A stretch of DNA of 64,000 nucleotides from Octopus vulgaris (Eukaryota): assembly GCA_951406725.2 (NCBI GenBank), contig OX597822.1, positions 80,848,001 through 80,912,000 on the forward strand, given 5' to 3'. The stretch's first letter is position 1; each line of letters opens with the position of its first letter. Both the position numbers and the translations under genes were made by a program. Below, in pieces: positions 15,345 through 29,598 of this stretch. The notes under the pieces were generated by a model. That model did no database searches and was not told where the DNA came from. It saw nothing but the letters and a program-made list of their open reading frames with translations.

Positions 15345-15384
<40 letters not shown>

Positions 15385-15879
15385 ATACACATAAATATAT
15401 ACATTTACTTAAGTACACGCACATAGAAACATATGCATAAAGCTACATATATATGTGCTTATATATATATGTATGTGTGTGAGTGTGTATGTATGTGTCT
15501 GTATATGTGAGTATGTATAGCACGTGTATTGACAGGCGCATGCGTTCACACTTATATGAATAGTTGAGGAAGAGAGAATTACGTGTCTAGCTTTACTTTC
15601 AATGAAATCGATTATGACCAAACTTCTAGTCTATTGCTAATACCAATGTTATGCATAGATTTCTGTAGTTTCTTCCTTGCCAGACGATGTATATATATAT
15701 ATATATATTATTGCAGACATTGCTAAAGTCTTCATGAAATTCCTCTTTCGAATGCACGAGTGCTCTTAGGATTCTTCGCAAAGCACGGATAAAACATTCT
15801 CGTTATTGCTTGCAGTGTGCTAAAGGATATTGAAGCAGTACCCATGAAATGCAGGTTGTTCAAGCAGAACTTTACCCTT

Positions 15880-16148
15880 CATAACATTCAAATCGAAGAC
15901 CAAATTGCTCGAGGAAGGCTTCACACGATTCCTATCTCGAGTCGTAAGGCGAGTTTCTGGGTCCTGTTGCGTATATATTCATTCTCGAGACAGGCACCGA
16001 CCTGTTGCAGGCGTACTCAATCTTACACTCGAATAACGCGAAAGGAAGAGATTTTGTCCAAGAGCACAACATATTACCCAATCCATGAATCGAACCCACA
16101 ATCTTACAATCATGAATACAACTTCTTAACCATTAAGCCATACATTTC
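15880..16148 (-). mobile_element. diverged SINE, family D
   Basis: remnant tRNA head and TTGTCCAAGAGCACAAC similar to 42407-42722. Confidence 0.5.
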
Positions 16149-16534
16149 AATTCACTAGGAGAGCAAATAAGTTTATATTTATGTCTTTGTTGTTCTTCTA
16201 TTAATTGTCTCGTTTTCTCTCAGAAATTCATTATTTTTCCGTGTTGTGGAATAAATGTATTCTACTGTACTATTGATTTTTTTTTCTTTTCTACTGTCAA
16301 CTGTCTGCAGAAAGATGTTTGTTTACATTCGAATTGTTAGGAGGGGGCGTTTGTTAAATCTGTTATCGTTTTGTTTTGGTAGTAGCGGCGAAAAAAAAAA
16401 AAAAAAAATGAATTCAGAATTCCAAGTATTTTCCCCAAAACGAGAAAGCACTAAAGAGGACAATTAAATAATTACTTTTGGTTTTTAGTTATATAACATT
16501 ATATAACGCTTTTCGACATAATGATTGTACGAAT

Positions 16535-16535
16535 A

Positions 16536-16591
<56 letters not shown>

Positions 16592-16645
16592 GCTGATGAT
16601 GATGAAGCTGATGATGACGATGATGATGACGATGATGATGACGAC
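16535..16645. repeat. (GAT)n microsatellite
   Basis: direct reading. Confidence 0.95.
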
Positions 16646-17213
16646 GGTAGTTATGATGATAGTTTTTAAAGATGACACTAACATATTTGGTGGGAAAATA
16701 CTATTCCTGTAGATGTTGATGACTGTTTGGTCGATTCATTCGACTAAATATTCTTCAAGATGATGCCACAGCATGGCCACAATCTAATGTTGAAATAAGT
16801 AACAGATAAGCACATAAGACATACTGTTATTATTATGACAATATGGGAAATTTTCATTTATATTTGATATGAAGAGGTTAAAAAGCCCTGTCATTGCAAA
16901 ACAAGTTAATGATTTGTTAATGTCACACAGCCATTCAATTTTAATCTATTTTAGTCTTTGTGCTAATGCGTGAGTATGTTTTCAAGTGTATGTCAACGGT
17001 TTGTGTGTGTGTTTGTGATGTGTGTGTGTGTATTCCTTCAATCAGAATCAAGTGATACAGATGGCCTCTTTCTCGATCAGGTTCAACGGAATAATATTGT
17101 CTAGACACCAAGATATAATGAAATAAAGGAATCCGTGCGTGTGTAGAATCACGCACGAAAAAACACTCACAAATCCACACGAGCGTACAGATAAACACAC
17201 ATGCACACACTCA

Positions 17214-17250
<37 letters not shown>

Positions 17251-17285
17251 TATATATATACACAACCACACACTCATGTATCTAT

Positions 17286-17319
<34 letters not shown>

Positions 17320-17393
17320 ATATATGTACATATTAGAAAGTGTTACAAGTATAGAGCCATAAATACTTGTAAATGTAATGTACAGGATATTTC

Positions 17394-17439
<46 letters not shown>

Positions 17440-17647
17440 CTTTTTCAGTCACTCTTTATTTCTCTGGTGCACATATAGCGTACATATGCATCTCTTTATT
17501 TTTCTGTTCTTCTCTATGTCTCACTTCCTCTCTCCCTTTGCATATAACTATAAATAGGTATTATAAATGCTTTTACAGGTTATATATGTGTGTGTGTGAG
17601 TGTGTAGATACATATATACATTCATGCATACATACATATATATGTAT

Positions 17648-17858
17648 GCGAGCTGGCAGAGACGTTAGCACGCCGGGCGAAATGCGTAGCCGTATTTCGT
17701 CTGCCGCTACGTTGTGAGTTCAAATTCCGCCGAGGTCGACTTTACCTTTCATCCTTTCGGGGTCGATTAAATAAGTACCAGTTACGCACTGGGATCGATA
17801 TAATCGACTTTATCCATTTGTTTGTCCTCTCTGTGTTTAGCCCCTTGTGGGTAGTAAA

Positions 17859-17860
<2 letters not shown>
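17648..17860 (+). mobile_element. SINE family A
   Basis: near full-length match to other copies. Confidence 0.92.
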
Positions 17861-17956
<96 letters not shown>

Positions 17957-17965
17957 TTTATATAC

Positions 17966-18373
17966 GCACAAGAGTGGCTATGTGGTAAGTAGCTTGCTTC
18001 CCAACCACATGGTTCCGGGTTCAGTCCCACTGCGTGGCACCTTGGACGAGTGTTTTCTATTATGGTTTCGGGCCGACCATAGCCATGTGAGTGGATTTGG
18101 TAGATAGAAACTAAAAGAAACCCATCCTATATATAAATATGTATATATATTTGTTTGTCTTTCCGTCTGTTTGTCCTCCGCCCCCATCACCACTTGACAA
18201 CCGGTGTTGGTGTGTTTACGATCCCCGTAACTTAGCGGCTCGTCAAAAGAGACTGATAGAATAAGTACCAGGCTTAAAATGTAAGTAGCGGGGTCGATTG
18301 CTTCTACTAAACATTCAAGGCGGTGCCACAGCATGACCGCAGTCTAATGACTGAAACTAGTAAAAGATAAAAG
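17966..18373 (+). mobile_element. SINE family B, near full length
   Basis: tRNA head, CORE-like block, internal microsatellite, 3' CAGCATGACCGCAGTCTAATGACTGAAAC tail. Confidence 0.9.
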
Positions 18374-18396
18374 GTTAAAGATATGTGTGTGTGTGT

Positions 18397-18446
<50 letters not shown>

Positions 18447-18539
18447 ATGTGTCTTCTGTAAACAATCTGCACATGCAAGTGCTAGCAGTCGAAGGCTCCG
18501 CATACCGGACGCCAGCAAGTTTATGAGTTCATCAGAAGA

Positions 18540-18960
18540 GAATGCGAGTATTGAGCTTGGTAACTTTCTTAGTTTCTCTACTGTAGATACTATCATTCTA
18601 TAAAGATCTTGTTCTCAAATTCTTTATAACTTCCATTCTCATTAGCGGCAGGCCACAACACTCTCGGTTTCCTCCTAGTACTATATGATGTACCAGTTTC
18701 ATAACCAGTATTTTCTCTCTGGAAAATGTCTTTGCTGTAGCATTTATCGATCTGCTGTGATTTGAGTCCGGGAATATTTGCCATATGTTTTCCGATCAGA
18801 TGACTCACACTGATCTGTCCGATTCCTACAAGTTTTTCCTTGATTTATTTTCAAGCCTTTCTCGGTTGAAAAGGTCCTACAGCACAGCTTGCATCCAAAT
18901 TTGTTTGCACTTCGTACGTTGTGTGAAGTAATAGCCATATTCACAGTCATTTCCAAAGTA
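18540..18960 (-). pseudogene. HERO/R2-like non-LTR retrotransposon N-terminal region (zinc-finger-like), decayed
   Basis: CKLCCRTFSTEKGLKINQGKTC then RKPRVLWPAANE..YKEFE, resembling HERO CGK.CKN.RGLKIHQ..C and RIKWPAAN motifs. Confidence 0.7.
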
Positions 18961-19661
18961 ACTAGGTTTGATTGATTCTCGACTCCTTCCTATCGAAGGG
19001 GCTCCCCCATCTCATGGGGCTTATATTCGCATTGGTGGTTGTTACAATATGTTACAGAGACGTTAGACGAAACCCCGAGAGAACATGAAGTATTTCTGTT
19101 TTGAGGAAAAAACTATAAATGATAGCTGACCTAAAAGACCCTTAGATCTAAAAGATCCTTAGAACTAAAAGATCCTTAGATAGAGAAAGTTTAAGACTGT
19201 CCTTGAGATTCGAAACCCCATCTTCTGCTGACATGACACCTTTTGTCATAGCAAAATCTAGTCGAGGTGTTCTCATTTTGTAAAAACTTCCAATTTCGAG
19301 CATAGATGGCCATTTCTTATATTTTTCTTTTTAGCTCAGCATCGATATGTGCACTTTGAGCCATGAAACTTGAAGTAGCTCGAATATAAAACTGTTATAT
19401 GGCAATACTACACAGTGGATGTGTGAGCTACGAAATCCTCGTAGCCACTGTTATGCCGCATGTTCGGATGAACACTACTCAACTTCTCGACATCTAGACT
19501 TTTCCCTCTATATCTACGTATTGGGCTAGCCTACTTCATCGTCTGGGGGCGTCCACACAACAAAATCCTATATTCTAAACCTATATTCAAAAATATACGT
19601 ATGCGTGCGAGTATATTTATAAATGTATGTGTATATGCGTGCGTGTGTGTGTGTGCATGCG

Positions 19662-19722
<61 letters not shown>

Positions 19723-19994
19723 CCGTGTGTGTTAATGTTTGTTTGTATATTCAGTTAGCAGGCCGAAATTTCGAAGTCATGTCAACAACATTCTTGTATA
19801 AGAAATATATATATATATATACAAACATTATTGGTGGCACATACAGAGACTGTCAGTTTCGTTAATATGCCAACTTGCTGCGGGATAGTATCCCGGGAAG
19901 ACTCCCTACACGACACATGAAATTAGCATATAAAGAAAACACACGCACTATGTAATAGCAGAGCGATAATGTAATTCGAAACTTCGTATATATA

Positions 19995-20091
<97 letters not shown>

Positions 20092-20339
20092 GTACGTATG
20101 GATGCATGTAATCACGTATAACTTTCTACAACACTACCCGTTCCTCTTCCCTCCGCACGCCTATAAACGTTGCCATTATTAACAGCAGCTAACAATGAAC
20201 TAATTCCATTCATTGTGAACTTTTTGCATTGTTTTACTCAAGAAAACAATGACCTCCTGGAATGTCCACTCCCAGCAGTTGTCTTTCTATGCACAGCCTC
20301 TTATCGTCTTTTCCTTCATCATCAACAGCATTTTCGTCG

Positions 20340-20402
20340 TCACCGTCGTCATGATCATCATGATCATCATGATCATCATGATCCTGATCATCATCATCGT
20401 CG

Positions 20403-20467
<65 letters not shown>
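20340..20467. repeat. (CAT)n microsatellite
   Basis: direct reading; source of poly-His ORF. Confidence 0.95.
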
Positions 20468-20468
<1 letters not shown>

Positions 20469-20635
20469 GTCTCTTCTGCTTTTCTTCCTACTATTCCTCT
20501 CCACTACCTCTCCTACCTCCTGCACTTTTTGCGTCATTATGCCCTCCTGTGTGTATATTTTTATATGCCACGACAACAATCTTTCTCTCATTATGAACTA
20601 TATATATACATACATACAAACATACATACATATAC

Positions 20636-20692
<57 letters not shown>

Positions 20693-20739
20693 ATATATAT
20701 ATACCTATATATAATATATATATATCCTATATATAATAT

Positions 20740-21050
20740 ATCACCGTGATTACCGTGACCGACCAGGCTATCAGATGTTGCTACACATCGCTGGTCACAA
20801 TGCGCATCGCATTGTTTTATCCTTTAAATGACTCCACCCCGCTGGCTACGCGAGCAGGCCAACAGAAGAAAGAGTGAGAGAAAGTTATGGCGAAAGAGTA
20901 CAGCAGGGATCGCCACCATCCCCTGCCGGAGCCTCGTGGAGCTTTAGGTGTTTTCGCTCAATAAACGCTCACAACGCCCGGTCTGGGAATCGAAACTGCT
21001 ATCCTACGACACCGAGTCCGCTGCTCTAACCACTGGGCTATTGCGCCTCC
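20740..21050 (-). mobile_element. tRNA-derived SINE, family C, full length
   Basis: head GGAGGCGCAATAGCCCAGTGGTTAGAGC..GTTTCGATTCCC; its 3' tail recurs at 10535-10652, 12475-12592, 8988-9068. Confidence 0.9.
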
Positions 21051-21087
21051 ACATATATAATATATATATATGTGCATTGTACATATA

Positions 21088-21171
<84 letters not shown>

Positions 21172-21403
21172 GGATACATATATATATATATAAACTATAT
21201 ATATATAGATATAGATATAGATGAGTGTGTGTGTGTTTGTGTGTTCTTTATTTTTCAAAGCCACATTTGTCTCTTCTTGTCTCATAACAAAGCCGCTTAT
21301 TACTCATTGTAACGCGCAGCCATATAATCGGCAGAAACAGAATATTTTTTTGTAACTGATTCTAATGCAGATGGAACGACCAAGTATTATATAGTATTAT
21401 ATA

Positions 21404-21713
21404 GACTGACACTCCGTCTGTTGTGATGAGTGTTGCAGACGGCTGATCCGATCAACGGAACAGCCCGCTCGTGATATTAACTTCCAAGTGGCTGAGCATT
21501 CCCCAGGTACATGGGGCGTTAACATAGTTTGGAGAGAGATTCACCGTGACACTATATGTGACAAGACAGGCAGATGGAATTACAGGTACAATCTTTTTTG
21601 AAAGATATTTGAAATAAAGTTTCTTGATCAAGGACACAACGCATCGCTGAGAATTGAACTCGTGATCGTACGATCGTGAGCAGAATGCCCTAACTACTAA
21701 GCCACGCACCTTC
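21404..21713 (-). mobile_element. tRNA-derived SINE, family D variant
   Basis: head GAAGGTGCGTGGCTTAGTAGTTAGGGC..GAGTTCAATTC followed by GTGTCCTTGATCAAGAAACTTTATTTC. Confidence 0.8.
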
Positions 21714-21726
21714 ACTGTATACATAC

Positions 21727-21805
<79 letters not shown>

Positions 21806-21895
21806 TGTATGTATGTATGTATGTATGTATGTATGTATGTATGCATGAGTTTGCATGTATGTATATATGTATATATATGTGTGTGTGCCTGTTTG

Positions 21896-21946
<51 letters not shown>

Positions 21947-22506
21947 GTATATATATGTATACATATATAAACATATATATATATATATATACATATAATT
22001 CTTTAACAAGAATAGTAATGACTGTAACTTCGAAGTTTCGGCCAGCTAAGCCATCATTTATAAAACCTCTCTTGAAATAACATTTTTATCACCTGTGTGG
22101 GTTTCAGTTGTATTGTAATTAGGTTTTTGGGTATCTTGTGCTACAGAGGTGTTATGGGGAAAGTTTTATTCGTAAGGATTATGTTACTGTGTAGTATTTC
22201 TTCGTACGGCGAGAGCTTTGTAAACAGATGTATATATTTTTGTATGCCAGATAAAGGTCGTGAGATTACTTTTAGCGGTTCACAAAAGGGAAGGAGAAAG
22301 AATTGTTTTGGTTTACGGACGTGTCAGCTTTTTTATAATAGAATTTTTAAGAGTCTGCACAGGAATGTTAAGGATTTTTTATGTTTAGCTCGTTACGGTA
22401 TTATAAATTTTTTACTCGATAAAAAATATGGAGTCACGATTCATATAGAAATAAAATTGTTCTTATTATGACAGAGCATAGGAGCAAACATTAGCATATA
22501 CATACA

Positions 22507-22672
<166 letters not shown>

Positions 22673-22793
22673 TAGATTTGGTGTTGAAAATGCACCTAAG
22701 TTTGAAAAACCTGTAATTGTTGAAAATGAATGTATTTACATATATGCCAAACTAGTTTCAACAATATTTTTTGTTTATCAATGGTACAAATTT

Positions 22794-22935
22794 AGAATTA
22801 TGAATTAGAAAAACATCTTTAAAAGTTTCAATGTTGACAAATTAAAATAGGCATAACAGAGAAAGTCAGAATTATGAATTGGAAAAACATGTTCAAAAAT
22901 TTCGATGTTGACAAGTTTAAATATTCATAACTGTC
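22794..22935. repeat. two tandem ~75-bp imperfect repeats
   Basis: AGAATTATGAATT(A/G)GAAAAACAT..ATGTTGACAA..CATAAC at 22794 and 22869. Confidence 0.8.
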
Positions 22936-23779
22936 AATAATATTAAAACCGTGCATCAATTTGTTTGAATGTACAAAAGCTCATTAGTGTTAGTAGCGAT
23001 CGACAAGAAAGGAATATCATTAAAGTTTCAGTCATGCTGAGTTAAGAGGGGAAAAAACAAGGTAGAAATGAAGATACTAAAAAAATGGGATTTGGTATAC
23101 AGTTTCTCTGATCCTCTTTCCATCGTGTGTAACTGACCATGATGAATAAATTAGAAATACAAAGAAATAGAATGGCAATCCCTTTAATATAAACGTCTAT
23201 ACTTACAATCCATGGCATGGCCATCCTCCCACTCTCTAGACACAAAACAATTTCATCAACAGACTTTCAGCCATATCTTTTGATTTACCGAGTGGCTACT
23301 ACTCCCTCTCATGTCACGGCAGACAGAAAGGATGGGCTCGAAGCCGAGAATTTGAGTTTACAGAACACACAAACAATATTTATACATCACGTGAAGAAAT
23401 ATAAGATGCCACAATGCAGGGAAACGGTTACATAATCAAAACCCTCTGAAAATGGAGGACTAGTTGCGGCGAATCAACTGTAGAAATTACAAATAACTGT
23501 TCCTCTGAACTCCTTCTCGCTGACATCAACTTATTCAATCACCCATTCATACGCTATAGAAACGCCGTCGCAAATCTAGCTGTACGTATAATACTACCAC
23601 TGTATAGGACAGGGTGAAATCTGAAGACGGATGAGGTTTATACTGTACTTTACTACGTTCTTAACAGAGTGTAACCTAACTTTATATATACATACACACG
23701 TGTGTGTGTTTGCGTATGTATATTTAATATTTTGGACTAATGAGTATATGTCAATTAGTATGATTGTATGTATGTATAC

Positions 23780-23810
<31 letters not shown>

Positions 23811-24249
23811 GTTTTATAAGGATATATATGTGTCTGTCCATGTATGTATGTTTATATGCGTGTATTTATATGTACAAATACGCATATATTATTGGGGGAG
23901 GGTAATGTGTACAGTGAGGTTTTGATCTGTATGGAAGATCAAAGGTATTATGAATAAGTAATTTTCTAGTCGGTTTCATGTTAAAGGCGATGTTCACTCG
24001 ATAATGATAATGATATGAGTGTCAAAGTATCTGCATGCGTATATACACACATCCATACACAGATTTATACACCTACACATAAAAACACACACATACATAC
24101 ACACACACATAAGCACGTACACTCTCAAGACGATATTTAAATGATTGCTTTATAATATTTGTCGTTGAAGATGAATATACAACGCACTAATATTCATCTC
24201 CTTTTTGTCTAATATATTATTTCTCTCTCTCATTCTCACTCTCTCTCTT

Positions 24250-24282
<33 letters not shown>

Positions 24283-24865
24283 CTAACTATATATATATAT
24301 ATACTCACACACATACATGTATGTATGTGTATATATCTGTGTTTTGGAAACCTCCAACTAAACATTAAACCGATGAACCATCAGATTTTCAATTCTTTAC
24401 GCACATCAAAAGATAACTTGTACTAGAATGATCCAATCAACGTACGCAGAAGCCCACTTAGCCGCGTGTACTTATACGTATATGCTTACATAGTGTGTGT
24501 GTGTGCGTTTGTCTGTGTCTATATTTATAGTTGTCTGTTTATGTGTGGACATACCTATGTATATGTGCGTTTGTTTTAGATAGAAGCCCATGCACAAATT
24601 TAATAATTTATCTAAAAGTGGTATCCATTGCGTCTGTTTATTCTGGGAATAATGGAGCTTGTCAACGCTAAGGCTAATAATTACATGAATGATATAAATA
24701 GGAAAATATTTTCAGACTATACAATGTTTATCAAATATGTATTTGCAAAAGAAAGTGCACCTTCCCGGGTCATCATAACGTTTCGGTAACTGGTTTTCTT
24801 CGCTGCCGGAGTTGTTAAAGAGATATCCGATATCTACCACATGATGAAATTTATTCTACAACAAA

Positions 24866-24949
<84 letters not shown>

Positions 24950-25097
24950 TGTTTGTTTATATCTGACGTTACGGCTACGAAATGCAACATTATGTGTGCT
25001 GGCAATAATTTCTATAGAAAATCTGCAGAGATTATCTTAAAACGTGGTTTAAGTGCATTAATAAAACAGTAGATAACATGGTATTGACTTACAAAAA

Positions 25098-25476
25098 TAC
25101 GAGGGTGAGTCAAAGAGGAATGTCATTTTCTTTATTTCATGTGAACATTTTGATAAAATTAACTGAAATTTTTCCCAATTATAAATGATTATATCATTTA
25201 CGTTCTGAAATATTTGTTTCTTACTTTTTAGGATTTTACACTGGTAAGGAAAATTCAAAATGGCTGCCCCCTTAGAGATACGTCAAAAACAAAGACCAGT
25301 GACTGAATTTCTTGTTAAGAAGAGGGAAACCACTGTGAACATTCACCGACGGTTCCAAAATGCCTTTGAGGACAATACCTTAGATTATAGAGGGTTTGAT
25401 AGGCAATCATTATTCCAGTGACGAGGATGTGAAAACTGTAGTGGAGAGGTGGCTCAAACAGCAGTCAACAAAATTG
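25098..25476 (+). mobile_element. internally deleted mariner (Tc1/mariner) element
   Basis: TA-CGAGGGTGAGTCAAA TIR; ATG at 25260: MAAPLEIRQKQRPVTEFLV..TTVNIHRRFQNAFEDNTLDY (HTH) joined to C-terminal GNHYSSDEDVKTVVERWLKQQS. Confidence 0.85.
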
Positions 25477-25873
25477 TGCGTGTGTGTGTGTGTGTTTGTG
25501 TGTTTGCATTGGATGAGTAAAGTTAGACGGGGAAAATCAGGTTCTATTAGTATTGCAAACGAGAAATTTCTATAGCAAATTGTTTATACACAACTTGCAA
25601 TCGAAAAGGTAAGTTTAGACTGAGTGAGTGTGACGGAGTTACAAATCAATTCAATGAGACATTTACTTCCGAAGACAGCTCGATAACATTTCATTAGAGT
25701 TTGCCCTGTCTGTGAATCTGTTATAAAAGTCCTCTGTGGTAGTATGATGCGAAAGTGGACAGATTCTTAAATTAATGATTGATGCTTATATCTATAGAGA
25801 ATAGACTTGCTATATTTGTTCCATAAATAAACACACACGCATACACCACCACCATATATATATATATGTGTGT

Positions 25874-25930
<57 letters not shown>

Positions 25931-26108
25931 TACATACATTATATGCATATATATATATATATATATATATGTATATGTGTATATATATACATATGTAATC
26001 ATAAACATGTGTATGCATATATATACATATATATGTATATATACATATATATATATGTGTATGTATACATATATAATCATATGTGTGCATATATATAATA
26101 TATATATG

Positions 26109-26147
<39 letters not shown>

Positions 26148-26180
26148 ATCATATGTGTGCATATATATAATATATATATG

Positions 26181-26226
<46 letters not shown>

Positions 26227-28378
26227 TATGGAGTTCTTTTGATCTTTGACTAATAATATATTGTGTTCTATTGATATTGACTAGTAAATTATAGATTTCT
26301 TGCAGGATGACCAATACATTTTTATTATGAAAGAGTAGCTTATAAAAGTTTTGATATGATTCAACATCAGAGGTGACATCGGAAGTTTATTTACAAGCGA
26401 TAGTTATCACCGAATTATTAATGTTGCAGATATCGAAGAATTAGCGAAATGTGTTTTAAATATTACTCTTCGACTATGTTTGAATTATACGAGTAGCAAA
26501 TGTTTACTTTTCACACAACAACACACATTTAGAACTTTACTCATGCTTCTCTGCATTCACCTCACATACTAAAGTTATCATTGGAACCACCTTCCAGGTA
26601 GAGTTTTAGCTCAATACTGCAGTAGGCTATTTTTTTTCTCAAGCCTCTTTACACTGATACAAGACGTAAATGGTACACGGAAATAACACACCCTTAGATT
26701 ACACTAGGTTTGAAATAAAAAAAAGATACTTACACAGCTTATATACTTCTGATCATAGATTACTTCCTTATGCCCGGCCTCGGTAATGCATATAATCGGC
26801 ATCATTCTAAAGGAATACGAGACTTTGGGCAAGAATCGAAGTTTAACACAGCTAAGTCGTTAGGCTTGCAGATCAGCGCTAGGAAGGGAAAGTCTATGAC
26901 ATCTCATAACACCTTAGTGTACTGGATGGATGAGTTAATTTGCTAGGTGTTTAGTTTGGTCCGGCCCTCCGGGCGGGTAAGATCTGGGGCGTGATTACGA
27001 GCTCAGAAATGATGTGAAAGGAAAGTAACTCTGACCTGAAAGTCATAGGAGAATTAGTGAAAAGATATATGTCCCCCACCCCCATTTATTGTTGTCTAAC
27101 AGTGGGGTCTCACTCTAGTTTTTCTCTGACCGAATTCGAGCATCTACTTTTTTTTTTCGCACAGTCAGTAGATTCATCCTCCGTCAACCATTGCAACAAG
27201 CGCTCGATATGCCCTGCTAGGTGATGTGCAGACATACCCAGTGGCATCTACAAAGATTTCTAGACAGTAGACATACATATTTTTCTCCGTTTGTCAGAAT
27301 TCTTAAATTCGTCTTTGATGGGGCTACAATCCTAGTTGAAGTGAAGACCAAGATTGTGTACCTCAATTCTGGAATAGCGGTGCCTGTGCAGCTCATATAA
27401 CCCTGCGGTTTGGCCCTGCAATCGGTGACATTTTCATGTCGACCCTCTTTTTTGAAGGACTGATAAACTATTTAAAAAATACTGTCTGAAAATTGATCTG
27501 TAAAAATTTGCTTAAAATTAAGTTTCTTCTCAAAACAAGAATAAAGTCCAAAATGTTTACTAATGAAGCTGGTCATAATTTCTCATGGGAATTCTCTAGA
27601 AACATATACTACATCGTCAATATCAAAATTAAAATCATATACTTATTGCAGCTGCAGAAGAAACGACATCAGCACAGCATGACAAGCAGTGCGGCCACTC
27701 CTCAAAACTAGCACAATTGATGACCTACATTAATCTTCACAATGAAAAGCTCTTCATTGTCCAGCCAACCACATTTTTTTATTTTCTCTGAATACTACAA
27801 CTTACCCATCGTCATCATCATCATCATCATTGCAATATCCTAATGCTACAGCCATAACCGCTATTACTACTATGACGATTTTCTTCACACCAATGTCCAT
27901 CTCAATTTGAATGTAACCCTCACAGATTCATGATAAATTTGCCAACTGTAAATAAAGTAAAATCTATAAACCCATGATGCCCCCAAATATACCAGTTTCC
28001 TCAATACAGTAACTGCAATGTCCTTCATTCACCTGGGACAAAACATTCATACAGGCAACACGAGCCAAAGCTAAAAGAAAGATCTTACGCCACCACGCTG
28101 TAGCCATCGTTACCTTCTCCTACCACTTAGATGTGATTTTTCCTATTGCTACCTTCTGTGCAATATTCTAATCGGTTTGTTTCACTCTGTGCATCTATAT
28201 ATATATATATATACCTCTAATGTAGGATAAAATTTTTCGAAAAAAATTCTATCAATGGCCAGCATATAAAAAAAATACCTTTAAAGGTTAAATTTATAAA
28301 CAATTTATAAGTAAAGGCAATAGAAAAAATTTATAATGCTAAAATATGCCGAACATAGACAACGTCAATAACCATATA

Positions 28379-28506
28379 ATTTATCACTAACAAGCACGTG
28401 TTTCGAAGAAAGCTAATAGAAATTTCTAAAAAATCCCGTTATTACCATATCGGACCCGATTTCAGAGTTAGTTCATAAAAAAACCTTCCCTTCATCAGTG
28501 ATAAAT
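28379..28506 (-). ncRNA. hammerhead-like motif with long loop II in PLE-type tail (element ~28213-28560)
   Basis: ATTTATCA-CTGATGA-AGG-GAAG..~80 nt..CTTC-GAAA-CACGTGCTTGTTAG-TGATAAAT; register at cleavage site imperfect. Confidence 0.45.
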
Positions 28507-28918
28507 GCGGCAAAAGAATTAAGTGAGATACTTACTTATAGCCATGGAAGAAGCCAGCACTAAGTCATGAGCACAATTACGTACCCCAAATATATCCAAA
28601 ATAGAAACACCCCGGCCCATATCGAGACGTGTCATTATTATATTTGCATTTGTTTTAATGTTAATATTAAAAACACCCACATTTTTCGTAAAAAAATTTG
28701 GACCTGGGTTTGCACCCCTTAGGCAGCTTTTGTGCCCGGGTCACTGGTATACATTTAACCCGCACTTTCCATTGTCTCTGTAATTCAATGGCTAGGTCCA
28801 GGCACTTTGCTATTTTTTTCTATACCTTTCATATTGATATTTTCATCATTCTCTTTATCTCCTACTACTAAATCAGTCCGTAATATTGGACAAATATATA
28901 TGTATACAAATATATAAA

Positions 28919-29112
<194 letters not shown>

Positions 29113-29446
29113 ATCAGCAGTAGCAACAGCGGCAAGCTTTGAATATGCTAATTTAATTAACATATGTGTTATCTTGACGTTTTTTGACAACAAGTCTCCC
29201 CAAATTTAAAGAATCTTGGGATTCTTGCAGAATACTGGATGGAACTTTTATGGAAATCGAGAATACTAGTCTCGATTCCAATATCCTTCAATCATTTAGT
29301 TAAGAATTTTGTCGCTATGCCAATTGCAGCAACTACCACAGGAGTAATTGTTATCTTATTCTTCTACAATCACTTCATCTCTCTCTGGTTAGGTACTAAA
29401 ATTTACCAATATATTCAGTTTTTTTGATAAATATGTATGTATGTTT

Positions 29447-29598
<152 letters not shown>

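Noticed and set aside
20980-21050. SINE heads as genuine tRNA genes (also 42670-42722, 60735-60806)
   Set aside because: They have A/B boxes but no intact cloverleaf, and continue into repeat bodies.
24790-24830. CGAAGA..ACCGAAACGTT on the minus strand (about 24776-24805) as an HHR
   Set aside because: Stem II does not pair.
26940-27460. Higher-complexity stretch as a possible exon
   Set aside because: Stops interrupt the frames examined and no motif was recognised.
28715-28750. Helitron-like 3' hairpin plus CTGG
   Set aside because: The motif is too short and no matching 5' end was found.
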